Assembly (NCBI GenBank): GCA_010093605.1
Contig: MU004181.1
Span: forward strand, 1,798,001 to 1,862,000
Reading direction: 5' to 3'
Origin: Lophium mytilinum
Taxonomy: Eukaryota
Length of the DNA stretch: 64,000 nt
Shown here: positions 46,370-59,479 of the stretch, piece by piece
Numbering within the stretch: position 1 is the first letter of the stretch
Layout of the letters: each line of letters begins with the position of its first letter
Translations under genes and position numbers: made by a program
Notes under the pieces: model-generated
Databases searched by the model: none
Told to the model about the DNA's origin: nothing
What the model saw: only the letters and a program-made list of their open reading frames with translations

Positions 46370-48157
46370 ATGTCTAATATTGCGCCATCAGCAGCGAGGC
46401 AGGCCCTCCGTGTCTGCTCACGGCGATACCCATCGAACTCGCTCTCCCGCTTCGCACACCGCGCCGCGGCCACTGGATGCCATGGACGAAGCTATGTCAC
46501 AGAGACGAAGCCGGTTAATGCCACCATCAACGTGGACACGACCATCAAGGCGGAACGGGAGGCCTTCATGAAGGAAACGGGGAGCAGCCCGGCCCGTGAG
46601 ATCATGCCCACCACTGGGCTCAGCGCGGACGTGATGATGAGTCCCACGGCAGGTATATTTTCTCCACCCTGGCTCGGTTAAGAATTGTCGGTAGCTAATC
46701 CAGCACAGGTATCTTGAAACAAGCAACTATCATGGACGAAGGCACTCGCCCTATTTATCTAGACATGCAAGCAACGACTCCGATGGACCCCCGAGTAGTC
46801 GATGCAATGCTGCCATACATGACGGGCATGTACGGCAATCCTCACTCGAGGACCCATGCGTACGGATGGGAGGTTGACAAGGCGATTGAGCAAGCACGAG
46901 AGCACATTGCTGGCCTCATTGGTGCCGACCCGAAAGAAATAATATTTACCAGTGGCGCAACGGAGAGCAACAACATGAGCATCAAAGGCCTGGTAAGATT
47001 CTTCATGCGAAATGGCAAGAAGAAGCACGTCATCACTTGCCAGACGGAGCACAAATGCGTTCTCGATAGTTGTCGCCATTTGCAGGACGACGGCATTGAC
47101 GTAACATACTTGCCCGTGCAGAGCAACGGTCTAGTCGACATGACACAGCTAGAAGCCGCGATACGACCAGATACCTGTCTGGTCAGCATAATGACCGTAA
47201 ACAACGAAATCGGCGTGGTCCAGCCCATTGACGAGATTGGGGCGCTTTGCCGGTCTAAGAAGGTCTTCTTCCACACGGATGCCGCACAAGCTGTCGGAAA
47301 GATTCCACTCGATGTGAACAAGTCGAAGATAGACCTGATGTCGATCTCCGGGCATAAGATATATGGACCTAAAGGTATTGGCGCATGCTATGTTCGCAGG
47401 AGACCACGAGTCAGACTCGATCCAATCATCAGTGGAGGTGGCCAAGAGCGCGGGCTGAGAAGCGGAACTTTAGCTCCGTCACTAGCCATTGGGTTCGGCG
47501 AGGCTGCTCGAATTTGCAAAGAAGAGATGGCAGTAAGTTCGACCATTCCGTTGCCCCTCAAATCCTATATGATTATTCGCTTTTACACATGCATGGCTTT
47601 CTGAGCGCCTGGATGCGAGCTACAATGGCCGTCTGGGCGCGATAATGTCACACAGCAAGACCTATGAACTGGAGATACTTTTCCTGGACGAAATAAATTC
47701 GAGAACATCGCAGTCAGACGCTGACTAGAACTAGTACGATACGAAACGTATTGCCGCGCTATCTAAGCGGCTCCTAAGCGGTCTTCTCTCTCTTGAACAT
47801 ACGAGTCTGAATGGAGATGCTACGCGCCATTATCCCGGCTGCGTTAATGTCTCATTCGCCTATGTCGAAGGAGAGTCGCTGCTCATGGCTTTGAAAGATA
47901 TTGCCCTTTCATCAGGAAGCGCATGTACATCAGCCTCGCTCGAGCCGAGCTATGTTCTGAGAGCCCTCGGAAGCAGTGATGAGAGCGCCCACAGTAGCAT
48001 TCGCTTTGGTATTGGCCGATTCACCACCGAGGCCGAGATCGACTATGTGCTCAAGGCTGTGAGCGAAAGAGTCAGCTTCTTGAGGGAGCTTAGCCCGCTA
48101 TGGGAATTGGTTCAGGAGGGTGTCGATCTCAACACCATTGAATGGAGCCAGCACTAG
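46370..48157 (+). CDS. NFS1: Mitochondrial cysteine desulfurase
   Basis: Presequence-like N-terminus, [13 protein letters not shown]-lysine motif [18 protein letters not shown]; introns ~46653-46708 and 47533-47734. Confidence 0.96.
47565..47640 (+). ncRNA. Candidate intronic box C/D snoRNA (guide for 18S rRNA 5' region)
   Basis: C-like ATGATTA 47569-47575; ACATGCATGGCTT 47587-47599 is the reverse complement of conserved 18S AAGCCAUGCAUGU; CTGA at 47601-47604. The 3' boundary and terminal D box are uncertain. Confidence 0.6.
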
Positions 48158-48757
48158 GGATGCCGAAGTACTTCTAACGAACTGGCGTGTTTTGGGCTTG
48201 GATTTTTGGTTTGCGTGGGAGCTCCCAGGCGAAATGGACGCTCGGAATCCCAATTGTGTATACTATCGCTCTTTACTATCATTCGCTGAAACTATATGGT
48301 TACGCGATGGAGCAAATAATAGGCTACCTTTGTAGTTCCCACCTTTGGGGACCATAGGAAGACATCTACTCTTTACAACCCCAGATTCTTGCGTCTCGTG
48401 AACTCCTTAGTGAAGTAATAGTATTTGTAGTGTATTGAAAGGACAACACGATTATAGGTCGCGTGTTTTCTTGAAATAAAGTCGAACGGTCCGTGCAGGT
48501 GACGATGCTTCGCCGAAATGCTCGGCGGAGGTGGGGAACCTCAACCACTCCATCCATCTGGGACACGACCACATTATTTTCCGTGCAAGCCAGCACGACG
48601 AAGAGAGACCCTAGCCCTTGCGACCTTAACATAAGAGCTGATCCTCCTTTTATCCCGGAATTCCGCGTGATTGTCATGGCTCGATGACTTGTGAAGTTCC
48701 CTTATGGACCGTCGAACCTCACTCGCGATATAGTCGTTCCAGAGCTTGGGTCGCAAC

Positions 48758-50756
48758 ATGGCTCCCGTGCCAGAGAAGGTCCTGAACTGGCTGTACAGTG
48801 TACTTCCTAGTGTAAGCTTGCCGTGGGTCTGCTATGTCTTATAATGGCGCAGTTCTAATCGATCCCCGCAGGAATACCTAGATGCCAATCGTACCTACTC
48901 CGACGTCGCTGAGACCCTCTCGCACTATCCTTCCCTGTCTCCAAGAACGGAGGTCTACAGTATGCAATACACTCGAACCCAACTTCAAGCGGTCATATAC
49001 AAGGACTCAGGCTCACTTCTGTGGCAGCCTACGAAAATGGAGCATCAGCCCTGCTCCTACAACTTAGCGGAACACTTCCAGTGATCTTTCGAGGTGCCAC
49101 ATACGGGTTTCCTATACATCTATGGGTGCCTCATCGATATCCACAAGAGGCCCCCATGGTATACGTCGTGCCCTCCCAAGACATGCTTGTGAGGCCCGGC
49201 CAGCACGTCAGTGGAGATGGAAGGGTATATCACCCATACCTAGCACAATGGGGCAAATACTGGGACGTAAGTTAGAGATGCTGTTGTCCCGAACACTTTC
49301 TCTGCTTCCTGAACTCGTTCAAATGGATCGTACTGAAATATTACTTCCAACAGAAATCCACAATTTTCGACTTCCTCGCAGTCTTGCGCGGCGTATTCAC
49401 CAAAGAACCCCCAGTCCGCTCGAAACAACAAGCACAATTCAACTCTGCTAATACAGCTTCGGTACCTCCACCAGTACCACCTACACCAGAGGAATGGCGA
49501 CGGTCAATGCAAGGCTCCCCTGCTCCTTCCCCAGCTCCTGCCCAACGACCTCAACCACCACCCAAGCCACCGAAACCGTACGAGCGCCCTCCAAACAGGC
49601 CACTCCAACAGCCAGAGACGCAGTACGATAGGACAGGACCCCCCTCAAATGCAACATATGCACCACAAATACCTGCAAAACCATATGGCCGAACAGATGG
49701 CTGGCAACAGCCGGCAGGACAACCTCAGATATTACCTCAACGGCAATCAAGTTATGACACAAACCCTCCAACTCCATTGGGACGTCCTCTGAGGCCACAT
49801 ATCCAATCACAGGGGCCACAGCAGCCCTTTCAGATTGCTTCGCATGAGTTGGGGAGCCCTGTTAGCCCCATCACTCCGGAGGGACAGCCAAGGAACTCGA
49901 CGTCTCAATACCAGCAGCCTTTGCTTACTCAACGGGTCCCTACAAGTCATCCGTATCCTCCCCCATCACAGCAACGTGGGAACTATCCCCAAGTCCAGTT
50001 TCAGCAACCACCTCTCAACATGTACCCTCCGTCTCAGCGACACCAGCCCATGATCCCTCCCATCTCACAATTACCCCTCAAGCCGAAACAGCCCATCCTG
50101 GACTTGTTAGACTCCCCCTTAGACGTGACACTGCCATCTCAGAGCGGCCTATCAGCTCCGATTCCAGCGCCGCCTATACCCCCAAATCCAGAGAAGGACG
50201 CTCTTCTCACAGCGCTCTCTTCCACTTTAGTCGCCCAGCTTCGGCAGAACATCACCGATAACACTAATGCTATTGCTCCACTGCAGGCACAACAACAGGC
50301 GCTCCGGGAAGCACACTCTCGGCTACAGTCAGAACTCGATCAGCTGCAGCAATTAGACGCTGCTTTAGCATCAAACGAGCATATCCTCCGTGACGCGATG
50401 GTCGAAGCGGACCGTGTCATGGAAGATGCACGCACCCGCAAGGTGCCAGACGTCGACGACGTGCTAGTCGCGCCATTCGTCGTAGGGGGGCAATTGTACA
50501 CCCTTTGCGCCGAGGAGCGGGCATGTGCCGACGCCCTGTTCGTTCTGGGTCGAGCGCTGGATAAAGGTCGCGTAGGCGCCGACGTCTTCATCAAGGTCAG
50601 GCCTATCCCCTCTCTCTTCCCGTAGATGTCCGAATGACGACGTGCTGACGAGTGCTACAGCAAACACGAAGTTTGGCCCGCGAGCAATTCTTGAAGAAGG
50701 CCCTAATCAAGAAAATTTCCAAAGGCATGGCCTTGGACGAGTATCAGATGCGGTGA
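48758..50756 (+). CDS. VPS23: ESCRT-I subunit Vps23/TSG101
   Basis: UEV domain (LLLQLSGTLPVIFRGATYGFP...YHPYL), Pro/Gln-rich linker, coiled coil, steadiness box (FIK|QTRSLAREQF); multi-exon. Confidence 0.9.
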
Positions 50757-51671
50757 GTTGCATGGGTAGCGGAGATGCCGCCGGCTCCGTCTAGGGTGCT
50801 CCCATCGATGCGGTCTGGAGCGCACCATAAGCATCAAGACAGGCTTCCTGAACAAACTCCCTGTAGATATATGCAATGAACGACGGGTCCTCAGCTGCTG
50901 ACCTCATAAATCAACTCGACCCTGCACTCGCCTGTCAAGGTGACCGGGGCTTCTGCGACGTTACTCGCAGAATGAACATGATAGTCGTTGCATCTGAGCT
51001 TACGCTCCTAGGGTATCAATAAACTCTTTAGCTGACTGTATGCCACCTACGACATCGTCCTCGCTAACGTACATCGTCTCGCTAACCCTTCATGTCGGAG
51101 ATACTCCGAACGAGCATGGTGCAAGGTTTGTTTCGATCTCATTGCTGATGATTGGTTTATCACAACGACTGTTTTCCTTCCCGTCTGGTCACATACGACA
51201 CATCTCACAACATATCAGAATCAAACACAGGCAAGAACAGTTTTGCAAGGAGTAGAAAGCGCACAAGGCGTGATCCATTATGTCCGACTCAAACTACCGA
51301 GAGAGTACATCCATGAATGAAAAACAAACGACCAATCCAGTCCCATCAACCGAACCGACTGTTTAGTGAACGATCTTGTTGCTTTCTTTGCTGTGTACTC
51401 CTATGAGGAAAGCACTGTTTGCCAGGAAAACAAAATGCTAGATCTTGTTATCAGGATCTATCGTGCAGAGCGTGTGGCGCTTTAGTATTGGGGTGCACGC
51501 CGCCATTGGGATATCGTAATGAGAACAGGCAAGGAAAGCGAACACCAGTAACAATGTGAACGGAAAAAGAAAGAGAAACAAGAGTTTTAAAACGCCGTGG
51601 CCAAATGCTGGGTCTGGATCTTGCCAGATAGTGTGTGCTCAAGAAGGTAAGAAGTTTCGTTCGGGGGAGGC

Positions 51672-53013
51672 CTACTCCTCAATGGCGTGGGCAAGCTCGG
51701 GCAGGTCCAGGCTCGCCTTCAAGGCTTTCCTGTACTCGCGCTCGATGCCGTGCTTGACGGCGTCGAGGACGGTGTCGACGGTGGCCTTGGGTGTGAAGCG
51801 CGGCTTAGTGCCAGCCTCGAACACGCCCGTCTTGACGAGGATCGAGTACCAGTTGTTCTCGCTGTGCTGGTCGTACTCGTTGGTGCCGCGGATGTCCGAC
51901 TCCGGTGTGTCGCCGACAAAGTAGACGGTGTCGGGTGGCGAGTCGATGCCGTGTGTGTCCTTCCGCCACTGTTGTAGCAGACGGGTGGCGAACTGGAATG
52001 TGCCGATCTGGGGCTTGCCGAAGGCAGTTGTCTCGAGGTTCTTGCCTGTCACGGCCTTGAACATGGCCTCCAGCGACACGCGGAGCGCGCCCATGCCGAT
52101 GCGGGTGAGGTCGTGCGAGGCGCTCCAGACGACGTCGTTGTGGGAGAAGAAGACTGGTGGGCCCTCGTCGAAGGTCTCAGAGCGGGTACCAAGTCGTCCA
52201 TTCTTGGACATCAAGAGGTCGAGGATGATCTGCTGGTCGCAGGCCCAGTCACGGGAATCGGCAAACACGAAGATGGCCTCGATCTCGACTTCGGCGAAGT
52301 TGCGGGCGCGCGAGTTCTCGTACTCCTCCTTGGTCAGCTTCCGGAAGGGCGTCGTGTCCTGGTTGTCTTTGATGATGTCGCCAGGAGTGACCACGTCCTT
52401 GAAACCGTAGCCTTCAGCGACCTGTCGGCACTTCTCGCCCTCGCCGCCAACGACGAGGACGGTCTTGTACTGCTCGGCCATTTCCCGCATTGGGGTGTGG
52501 CCGCAGATGAACTGGCCAGGCGAGATCTCCATCTCGAGCTGCTTACTTAGCTGGATGCACCGCTCCTGCTCAGTCTTGCCGCCGCCGTTGGTGACGAAGA
52601 TGTAGGGGCTAGGAATCGTTAGTTCTGCTCTTCTAAGAGATGAGGGTTGCTACTTACACCTTGACGCCATAGGGGTTCTCGCCATTTAGCCACTTCATGG
52701 CCTCGATGGCCTCTGGGATCGGCCTGCCGCCGCGGATGAGGACACCATCGATATCGAAGGCGTAGGCGTACTTGTCAGTAACGGTAGTCTCAGGCGGTGT
52801 CGGCGGTGTGCCGGGGATCTGTGCAGCTTCAATCTCGTGGCGTGCTGTTTCGAAGGCCTGGGCGACCTCATTCGCCCCTGAGGGAGCCATGAGGTGCTTC
52901 GGGGGGACAACGACCACGGGACCCTTGGAGAGCTTCTCTGCCGAGGCAGCGTTTGAGCTGAGGCGGCGCATGAAGCGGCCCTCGTTGGGAATGATGAGTG
53001 ATGCAGGAGCCAT
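51672..53013 (-). CDS. HAD-superfamily class IIA hydrolase (CECR5/HDHD5-like)
   Basis: FDIDGVL, FVTNGGG, FGKP, YFVGDTPESDIRG, ILVKTG; one intron ~52609-52657. Confidence 0.9.
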
Positions 53014-54252
53014 GATGACGTTGGAGGGTTGATTTATATGAGAGATGATGGAGTTGATGGAGGAGACGTGTGCAGAAAGCACTGTTTAAGTAGGGTCGGA
53101 CCGGTCTTTGGAGTGAGTCTGCGGGATACACAGCCTGGGTTTGCGGGGTGATAAGTGGGTATAGTGGAGAATGAGGAGAGAGTCGGCTGCTTCACGTTTA
53201 TGGTAGGATAATGCTCGCATCCAAGGAGGCCGTGGGCGGTTATATAGTTTCGGACGCGGCAATGCTGCCACCTGGTCCAGCCGGGCGAGCAGTTCGTCAT
53301 GACCCAGAGCAGGCTAAGGGATGACTCGGACAGGGTACATTACAGTGCATATGATTTGGGCGTCGAAGGTTGGAGGAGCGGGTGGCCATGGCGACCTCAC
53401 TTGGACCCTGAAACGCTGCTTTGCTAGCGCGGTGAGCTTATCATTGAGGCAAGCGGGTGGGCCGTTTGGCGTCATTGTGCTGAGCGCTGCAGGCGGTTGG
53501 GAAGGGGTCCGCGCCGGCATGACGATCGCGGTGAAAAGGTTTTTGGTGTGAGATCTCGGCCATCTGGCATGTGCGTGGTGTTGTGCGCGCACCCGCGGCC
53601 GTGATTCGCTGTCTATCCAGACGGACCACTCCGTTGTCGAAGCGGCCTCTCTGGACGAGGCATCTCAGCATGGCGGGGTTGTGCAACGCCTCCAGCGCTG
53701 TCATTTCCCATATCGGCCTCTCAGTATGAAATCCATGGCATCCCGCCGCATTTCGCTAGGCGGCTAGGAGAGGCCCGCCGCGTGCTGTTGCACCACCAGC
53801 CGCCACAGCCCTGGACGATGGCAACAGCAGCGGGACAGGGCGGTGCGACTCCGGCACAAGGGCATATTGGACGAAAGCTCTGCCGACAATGAAGTCATCC
53901 TCCTTCGCCTCGATGCCTGCTTCGGTGCCAGCGCCGGTCGCGGGCAAATCATAGCGCGCACACAGGACTACAGGTATCCATCAAAATGCCGCTCTCCACA
54001 AATCCTGCCCCTCCATCGCTGTTTCGCTGTGCCTCGACACGGATCGCCGATAGTCCTGCCGCTTTCCATGACTGCCTCGAGAAGTTCCCGGGCTGGCTTC
54101 TGGGACGCGCGCATCGTTCGGCCTCTTCCGAAGACCCTTTCATTGCCAATCGTTACTCCGTCTTGATGTCAATCTGCGGCTCAACCGCTCTCGTCTCCAT
54201 GTGCCAACCACGGCTCGTCTCGACCGGGCACATGGCTATTGCCAGCACTATG

Positions 54253-54295
54253 CCAGCCTCCAGCCTCCAGCCTCCAGCCTCCATCCATCCATCCA
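54253..54295 (+). repeat. Short tandem repeat (CCAGCCT)x4 followed by (CCAT)n
   Basis: ccagcctccagcctccagcctccagcctccatccatccatcc; related units recur at ~54323-54345. Confidence 0.8.
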
Positions 54296-56363
54296 GGGAC
54301 GCTGTTCTCATCCACGGCCGGGAGCCTCCAGCCTGGCCTCCAGCCCGCCGCACAGCCCAAAACTGCAGACTTTTGGAGTTGGGTCGGGTATGACAGCAGC
54401 GGGTGGCTTGCTCCATGCGGGAGCCGTGCCACCATCATCACTCCAGCCATACGCGCCATGCCGCATCCTGCGCCTGTCCGAGGCCTGCTGAGCTGCCTGA
54501 CGCTGTCAGACGTCCTTATCGCAGCACTTCACATGTTTTGCCCGCGCCCGCAGCGCTATTCGTAATTCCAGCGCGTTCCAGCCGCTCGCCCATGCCGCCG
54601 GAGTATGGAGTGCAGCCTGGTTGCAGCAACCTCGATAGCTTCGTTGGTGGTGCAAGCAGGAACAATCCCTACTCTGATATTCCGCCGGGCCCGTCAGCGT
54701 GGAATCGACATCATCGTGCATTATCAAATCACATCAGCCCTAGCCATGTCGTGTCACGCTTCCACGAGTTGAGTGCAGATCGCACCCGTCCAGCTCTGCA
54801 GCTCTGCAACTCTGCCCGTTTTGGAACATTATACATCGAGTGCTACGTCGGAGTGCAGCGTGAATTGTTTGATCGTGTCCCTTGTCCCAGGTTGTCGCAG
54901 ATTGCCCCAGATTGACGACACTCAGGCCTGCATGAGGGCGTCCTTGCAGCACCGTTGGCCCCTTCGTCCGAATGTGGTGATATCCCCAGACTATCCCCTT
55001 CCTGCCTCAAGCCGCATGTCAGGTATGTATGGCGGGGATATTCTCTGTTTCTCGGGCTCCGGAAAGGTTACAATGGAGTCGTCTTCTTAGTTGCGCCGAA
55101 CAATTGGAGTATTCAGTGGGCCCAGGGCGTCTACACCGCTCGGCTGCCCCGGCAGATGAACAGGACATTCCAACGAGGCAGTCCATGTGATTGTGCAATA
55201 AATAGATGCCCTCCGGATATCTAGAGGATACTGCCGTGTCGTCTCGAAACGCAAAGGAAGAGCGCTTAGCCAGTTGGAGGCAAAAAGGTTTACATGCGTA
55301 GTTGATAGAAGCATAGCGATCTTCACTTCTTACTTCGGTCTTGCAGAGTAAAGCTTGCAGTATTGACATCTTTCGATCGTATGGAGCCATCGCTCGTGAC
55401 TTGATCCTCCGGTATCATCACCGTAAGACCCATCTTTCTTTGCGGTGCTAATGGAGGCGTGAAGTCTAGCAACCCTCTACACTAACGTTAGCCGGCAGCA
55501 TCCTCGAGGTTAGGAGCGCCGTATCCGCTGGGATGTTAGAAGAATGCCAAAGTGAAGGAGGCGGAGCACCGCAGGACGGCTGCGCACCTCTTGGACATGC
55601 AGCTTACAGCTGCAACTGCTGATTGCCCGAGGATCTCGTACCTACACGGTAGAGAGGAGAACATGTGAGGTAAGATGCCATCCAACGCTGAACCACGTGG
55701 TAGCTTTTGCGGTGAGTTACTCGGCCGGTTGCTGCAATCATGTTCCCTTACGCTTACTTTCGATCCACTTCCTTATCCAAACGATGTTTTGCCGAGAGGC
55801 AGTACTTTACTAGGGAATTATCGGCAAGCGCGCGTGAGGCAAAGGGCAGGCCTGACAAGATGGAGTGGGCCAATGATGCATAGCGTTGAGCATGCAGGGC
55901 AAAACAGGTGGAGAAGCGAGCGTAGAGAACCGGACGACAGCCTCCGTTCCGACGAGAAAGTGAGGTACTTCCAAACTCCCAGCGTTTGACAAGGTTCCCC
56001 TTTTTCCGGCAGATATGCAATAAGACGAAAAGAGACAGCCGACAGCACATTCTTTCGTCGGAAATTGCACTGCTGAGCTGGTTGTATTCTCAGGCTTAGG
56101 GACCTGACAACTCCCACCTTGAGTGACACAGCGCGATAGAGCCACGCTCGCCACCGTAGAGTAAGAACCAGAAACATGAATTGAGATATAGTGAGTTGAA
56201 TGGAACAATGTCTGGGAGGATTTGCGTCCAGTGTAGATGGGTGAGAAAAAGTCACGGGGCGTTCGCCGGCGACGGAAGGCGCGATGCCCTCCACGACACC
56301 TCTTCATTCTATCACCACAACCCACCGTCTTCAACGCCCGATGCACCAGCAGCACGAGACAAG

Positions 56364-58344
56364 ATGAACTGGACAGGCGGTCGCCTGCAGAGACATTCGA
56401 AGAATGCTGGCGGCGGTGTGGCTAGCCGTCAGAAACAGCATTTCGCAAAGATTCGAACTCAGCTTCAGAATGGAGTTGCTTCCGGGCAGCTACCTTTTAG
56501 ACCAAGCTTCTTGCGAGACGACGAAGCTAGCTTTGGTGGCATGCTGCCGCCTTTCACCGATAGGACTTCACGACACGTCGGCCACTCCAGGAAACATCAG
56601 AGGAGGGCCCATAGAGATCCAGCGAGTGATGCCGGGGAAATCGTTGAAGCAAGAAACCCAGGCTCCATCACATCGCTAGCTGTTAGATATGTCTCCAATG
56701 CAGTTGATGGTATGTATATTCGAAGGAGAAATGAAATCGATCGGCTGTAGCTCACATGTTCAAGGCGGCTCAGCGGAGAAGGGAAAGACAAAGATGAAAC
56801 GACGATCTTCGCATACGCTGCTCGAGGACGATCGACTAGAGACTAGCAGGAAAGGGCTACTCGCACGGCGGGATTGGCTTGGACTCGAGTCGTCGCATCC
56901 GGTCCACATGAAATTTCGAACACGCGCAGAGAAGGCTAAGATTGGGAAACGACGGAAGATTGCTGGCGTCTCCCCGAGCAACGTTCTACCACCTCTTGAA
57001 GGACTGAGGGATGGACATGGTAGACTCGAAATGGCGCCTGCCCACAGTGCACTCGGCGATCATCTTCGAGTGCGTATTGGCACCGATGCTTTTGTCAGCC
57101 AAAGATCATCGACTCATGTTCGAGATCCCCCACGACGAGAGTCATCTGACACCATGCTGTTTGATATTGCAGTGGACGCAGACACGGCCCTAGCGGTGGA
57201 GGGATCGCGAGAGCCCTCATTTGAGCAGCACAGACTTGCTGGATCGGGCTACAATAAAGAAGACGAAACGGCTTTGGAGCAGGACGACCATCAATCCGTG
57301 CCTGAATTGGTTGGTTCTCATTCCGCCAGGGAAATCGAGCACGAGACAAGATTCAGCTCTGAATCCATCGAAGAACTCCACGCGCAGGAAGAGAAGGCAG
57401 AAGGTAGTTCATCCGAGCCAGATTGTATAGACGAGAAGCGAACTAGTCATCTCACCGACTTACCTGCACCGGAGGGTCGTCTTATTTTCATGTCAGTCCC
57501 CCCAGCTTCTTCGGGATCCGATCAGCCAGCATCCCACGTGCCGATGGATACGAACGACTATCCTTCCGAGATAACTGCCTCAAATAGGCTCAAGAGTAGA
57601 CTCGGCCAGGATAATGATCCTGTTGATCAAGATCCGCAGGCACGCCAGATCGTCGATGAAACACCTTGGAAACAATTTTTGGGGATCTCAGATGATGAGC
57701 AGAGCCACTCATCTGCAAGTGGTGGATCCGAAAGGGCCTGCCTGCATGAATCTGAAGTATCAACCAGAGGCTGCACCGACGCCAGGAGAAATTCAGCTGC
57801 TGACATGACCGCTTCAAGAGCGGCTCAAATCGGCAACCAACCGGGCGCCGCTACCTGGGTCATCGCACGGCAAATCAATGGCATGACTACGCAAGAATAC
57901 ACGACCTTTACGAAACCTGCGAGAGCTTTCGTAGACGAGGAAAAAGAGAATGACAACCGCCAATGGCAGGATTTTGTCACCGGTAGCCGAAGCAGTTCTG
58001 CGTCTGATAGTGCGGATGATACTATTATGGGCGACAAGCAGCAATCCCCTGTACATTCTGCAAGTGGAACAAGCATGAAGGCTTTGTACTCACCAAAACT
58101 TCATGCTACATCAACTAGCTCGAATTCTGCACTATCAAGGCCAGCCGCTTCACCCCGCTTACGCAATATTGAGGAGGCTAGGCTTCGCCCGGTAGTCTTT
58201 GCCTCAAGTTCGTTATACAATAATGTCTCGATGGGCTCACCGATCGCTGCAGCTTACTCCAAGAGAGGATCAACACATAATGCCAACTCGGATGTGAGCA
58301 TGGCGGAATCTAGCTCAGCCTATGAGACGATGGACAGTAATTGA
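56364..58344 (+). CDS. Largely disordered protein with conserved MNWTGG N-terminus (REDIC1/C12orf40-like motif)
   Basis: Exon 1 MNWTGGRLQRHS...RQKQHFAKIR; intron 56710-56764 (GTATGT...CTCAC...AAG) restores frame into the 551-aa ORF containing LLARRDWLGL. Confidence 0.75.
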
Positions 58345-59365
58345 CGCATCGCGTGGAGTCCCTGTAGCGATAATGGAAGACTGGCATACTAACTAGGTGG
58401 TGGGTTATTGAGATCTGGAAAGATGAGGCTTTCCAACCGCGGCTCGAAAGGCCTCTCAGAGTCTGGACCAGCCATACGACAAGTCGGCTTGCTGCACCTT
58501 CGGCAAGATAAGTCAATTCAGTGTCGGTCCGAAGGATGTGAGATTTTGCGTGGCGTAATAAGGTTCGATTCGAGAAGGGAGAAGTCCAGCATGGTGGCGC
58601 TTTCTACCTACGATCTAAGGGTGGGTATGTTGTGGTCCTCAAGAATGGTAAAATGCCGGGCTTTATTTTCCTTGACTTTCAGGTTCGCCTGGTCTGTAAC
58701 TATACCATTTCCACTAGTTCCGTTTCGAAATCGATCATCGATGATCCTCTTGGACCCTTTTCCCGCGGCGTTTCGTGCATATTGCCTTCCAGTCAGTGCG
58801 TGCCCCCCCGACCCCCCGGGAGTGGATCGCGAGATCCTGTCAGCAATCCTCCACATCCTGCCGTGACTTGTGTGGGAAGCGCGCCTCAGCCGACTCTCGG
58901 CTCCGCACTGGTGCAGTTATGCAAGGAAGAAGGCAACAGCCATCTCAGCTCATGCACGCGGAATTCATTTCGGACAATGCCCTTTATTTTTCATTAGTTC
59001 GCGCATGCCGTGCGTCTCTCGATGGGCTGGCTGTGGCCGTCGCGTTATGTTCCGTTCCGGGAAACCGGGGGATACCGAAGAAATGAGGCTCTCCCAAAGC
59101 GATAACAGTCGACTTGCAGAACGGGCAGATGCAGGGCAGGCCTAGCCGGCAACTTTGTGTTTTTCAGCGTGGCGTGATGAGGCCAGCGCGCTTCCGTCTG
59201 TGCGATGCTGCAAGACATCCGGCGCTTTTTGCTTTTCCAATTTGACAGGACACACTGTGGGAACGTTGAGGCGTTCGCATGAAGGCCTGAGCCACGCAGC
59301 ACGGCACACACTCGCGCCCGCACGCCGCGAAATTTATATCGGGGAAGGTGACACTGGATCACGTA

Positions 59366-59479
59366 CAGTCCCCCCCCCTGCTCGGACTGGACACCACCGT
59401 GCGCAAAACAAGGGTTTTTGTATGTAAAATCCCCTGTTCTACGCACGGTGGTGTCCAGTCCGAGCAGGGGGGGGGACTG
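59366..59479. mobile_element. MITE, Tc1/mariner-type (114 bp, 38-bp perfect TIRs, TA target duplication)
   Basis: TA-CAGTCCCCCCCCCTGCTCGGACTGGACACCACCGTGCG at 59366-59403 with exact reverse complement at 59442-59479, then TA. Confidence 0.8.

Noticed and set aside
47618..47631. GCTACAATGGCCG resembles a bacterial 16S rRNA sense segment
   Set aside because: Only 13 nt, sense orientation, no flanking rRNA similarity; treated as chance.
53314..56355. Many short ORFs between the HAD hydrolase and the MNWTGG gene
   Set aside because: No recognisable domains or coherent exon structure.
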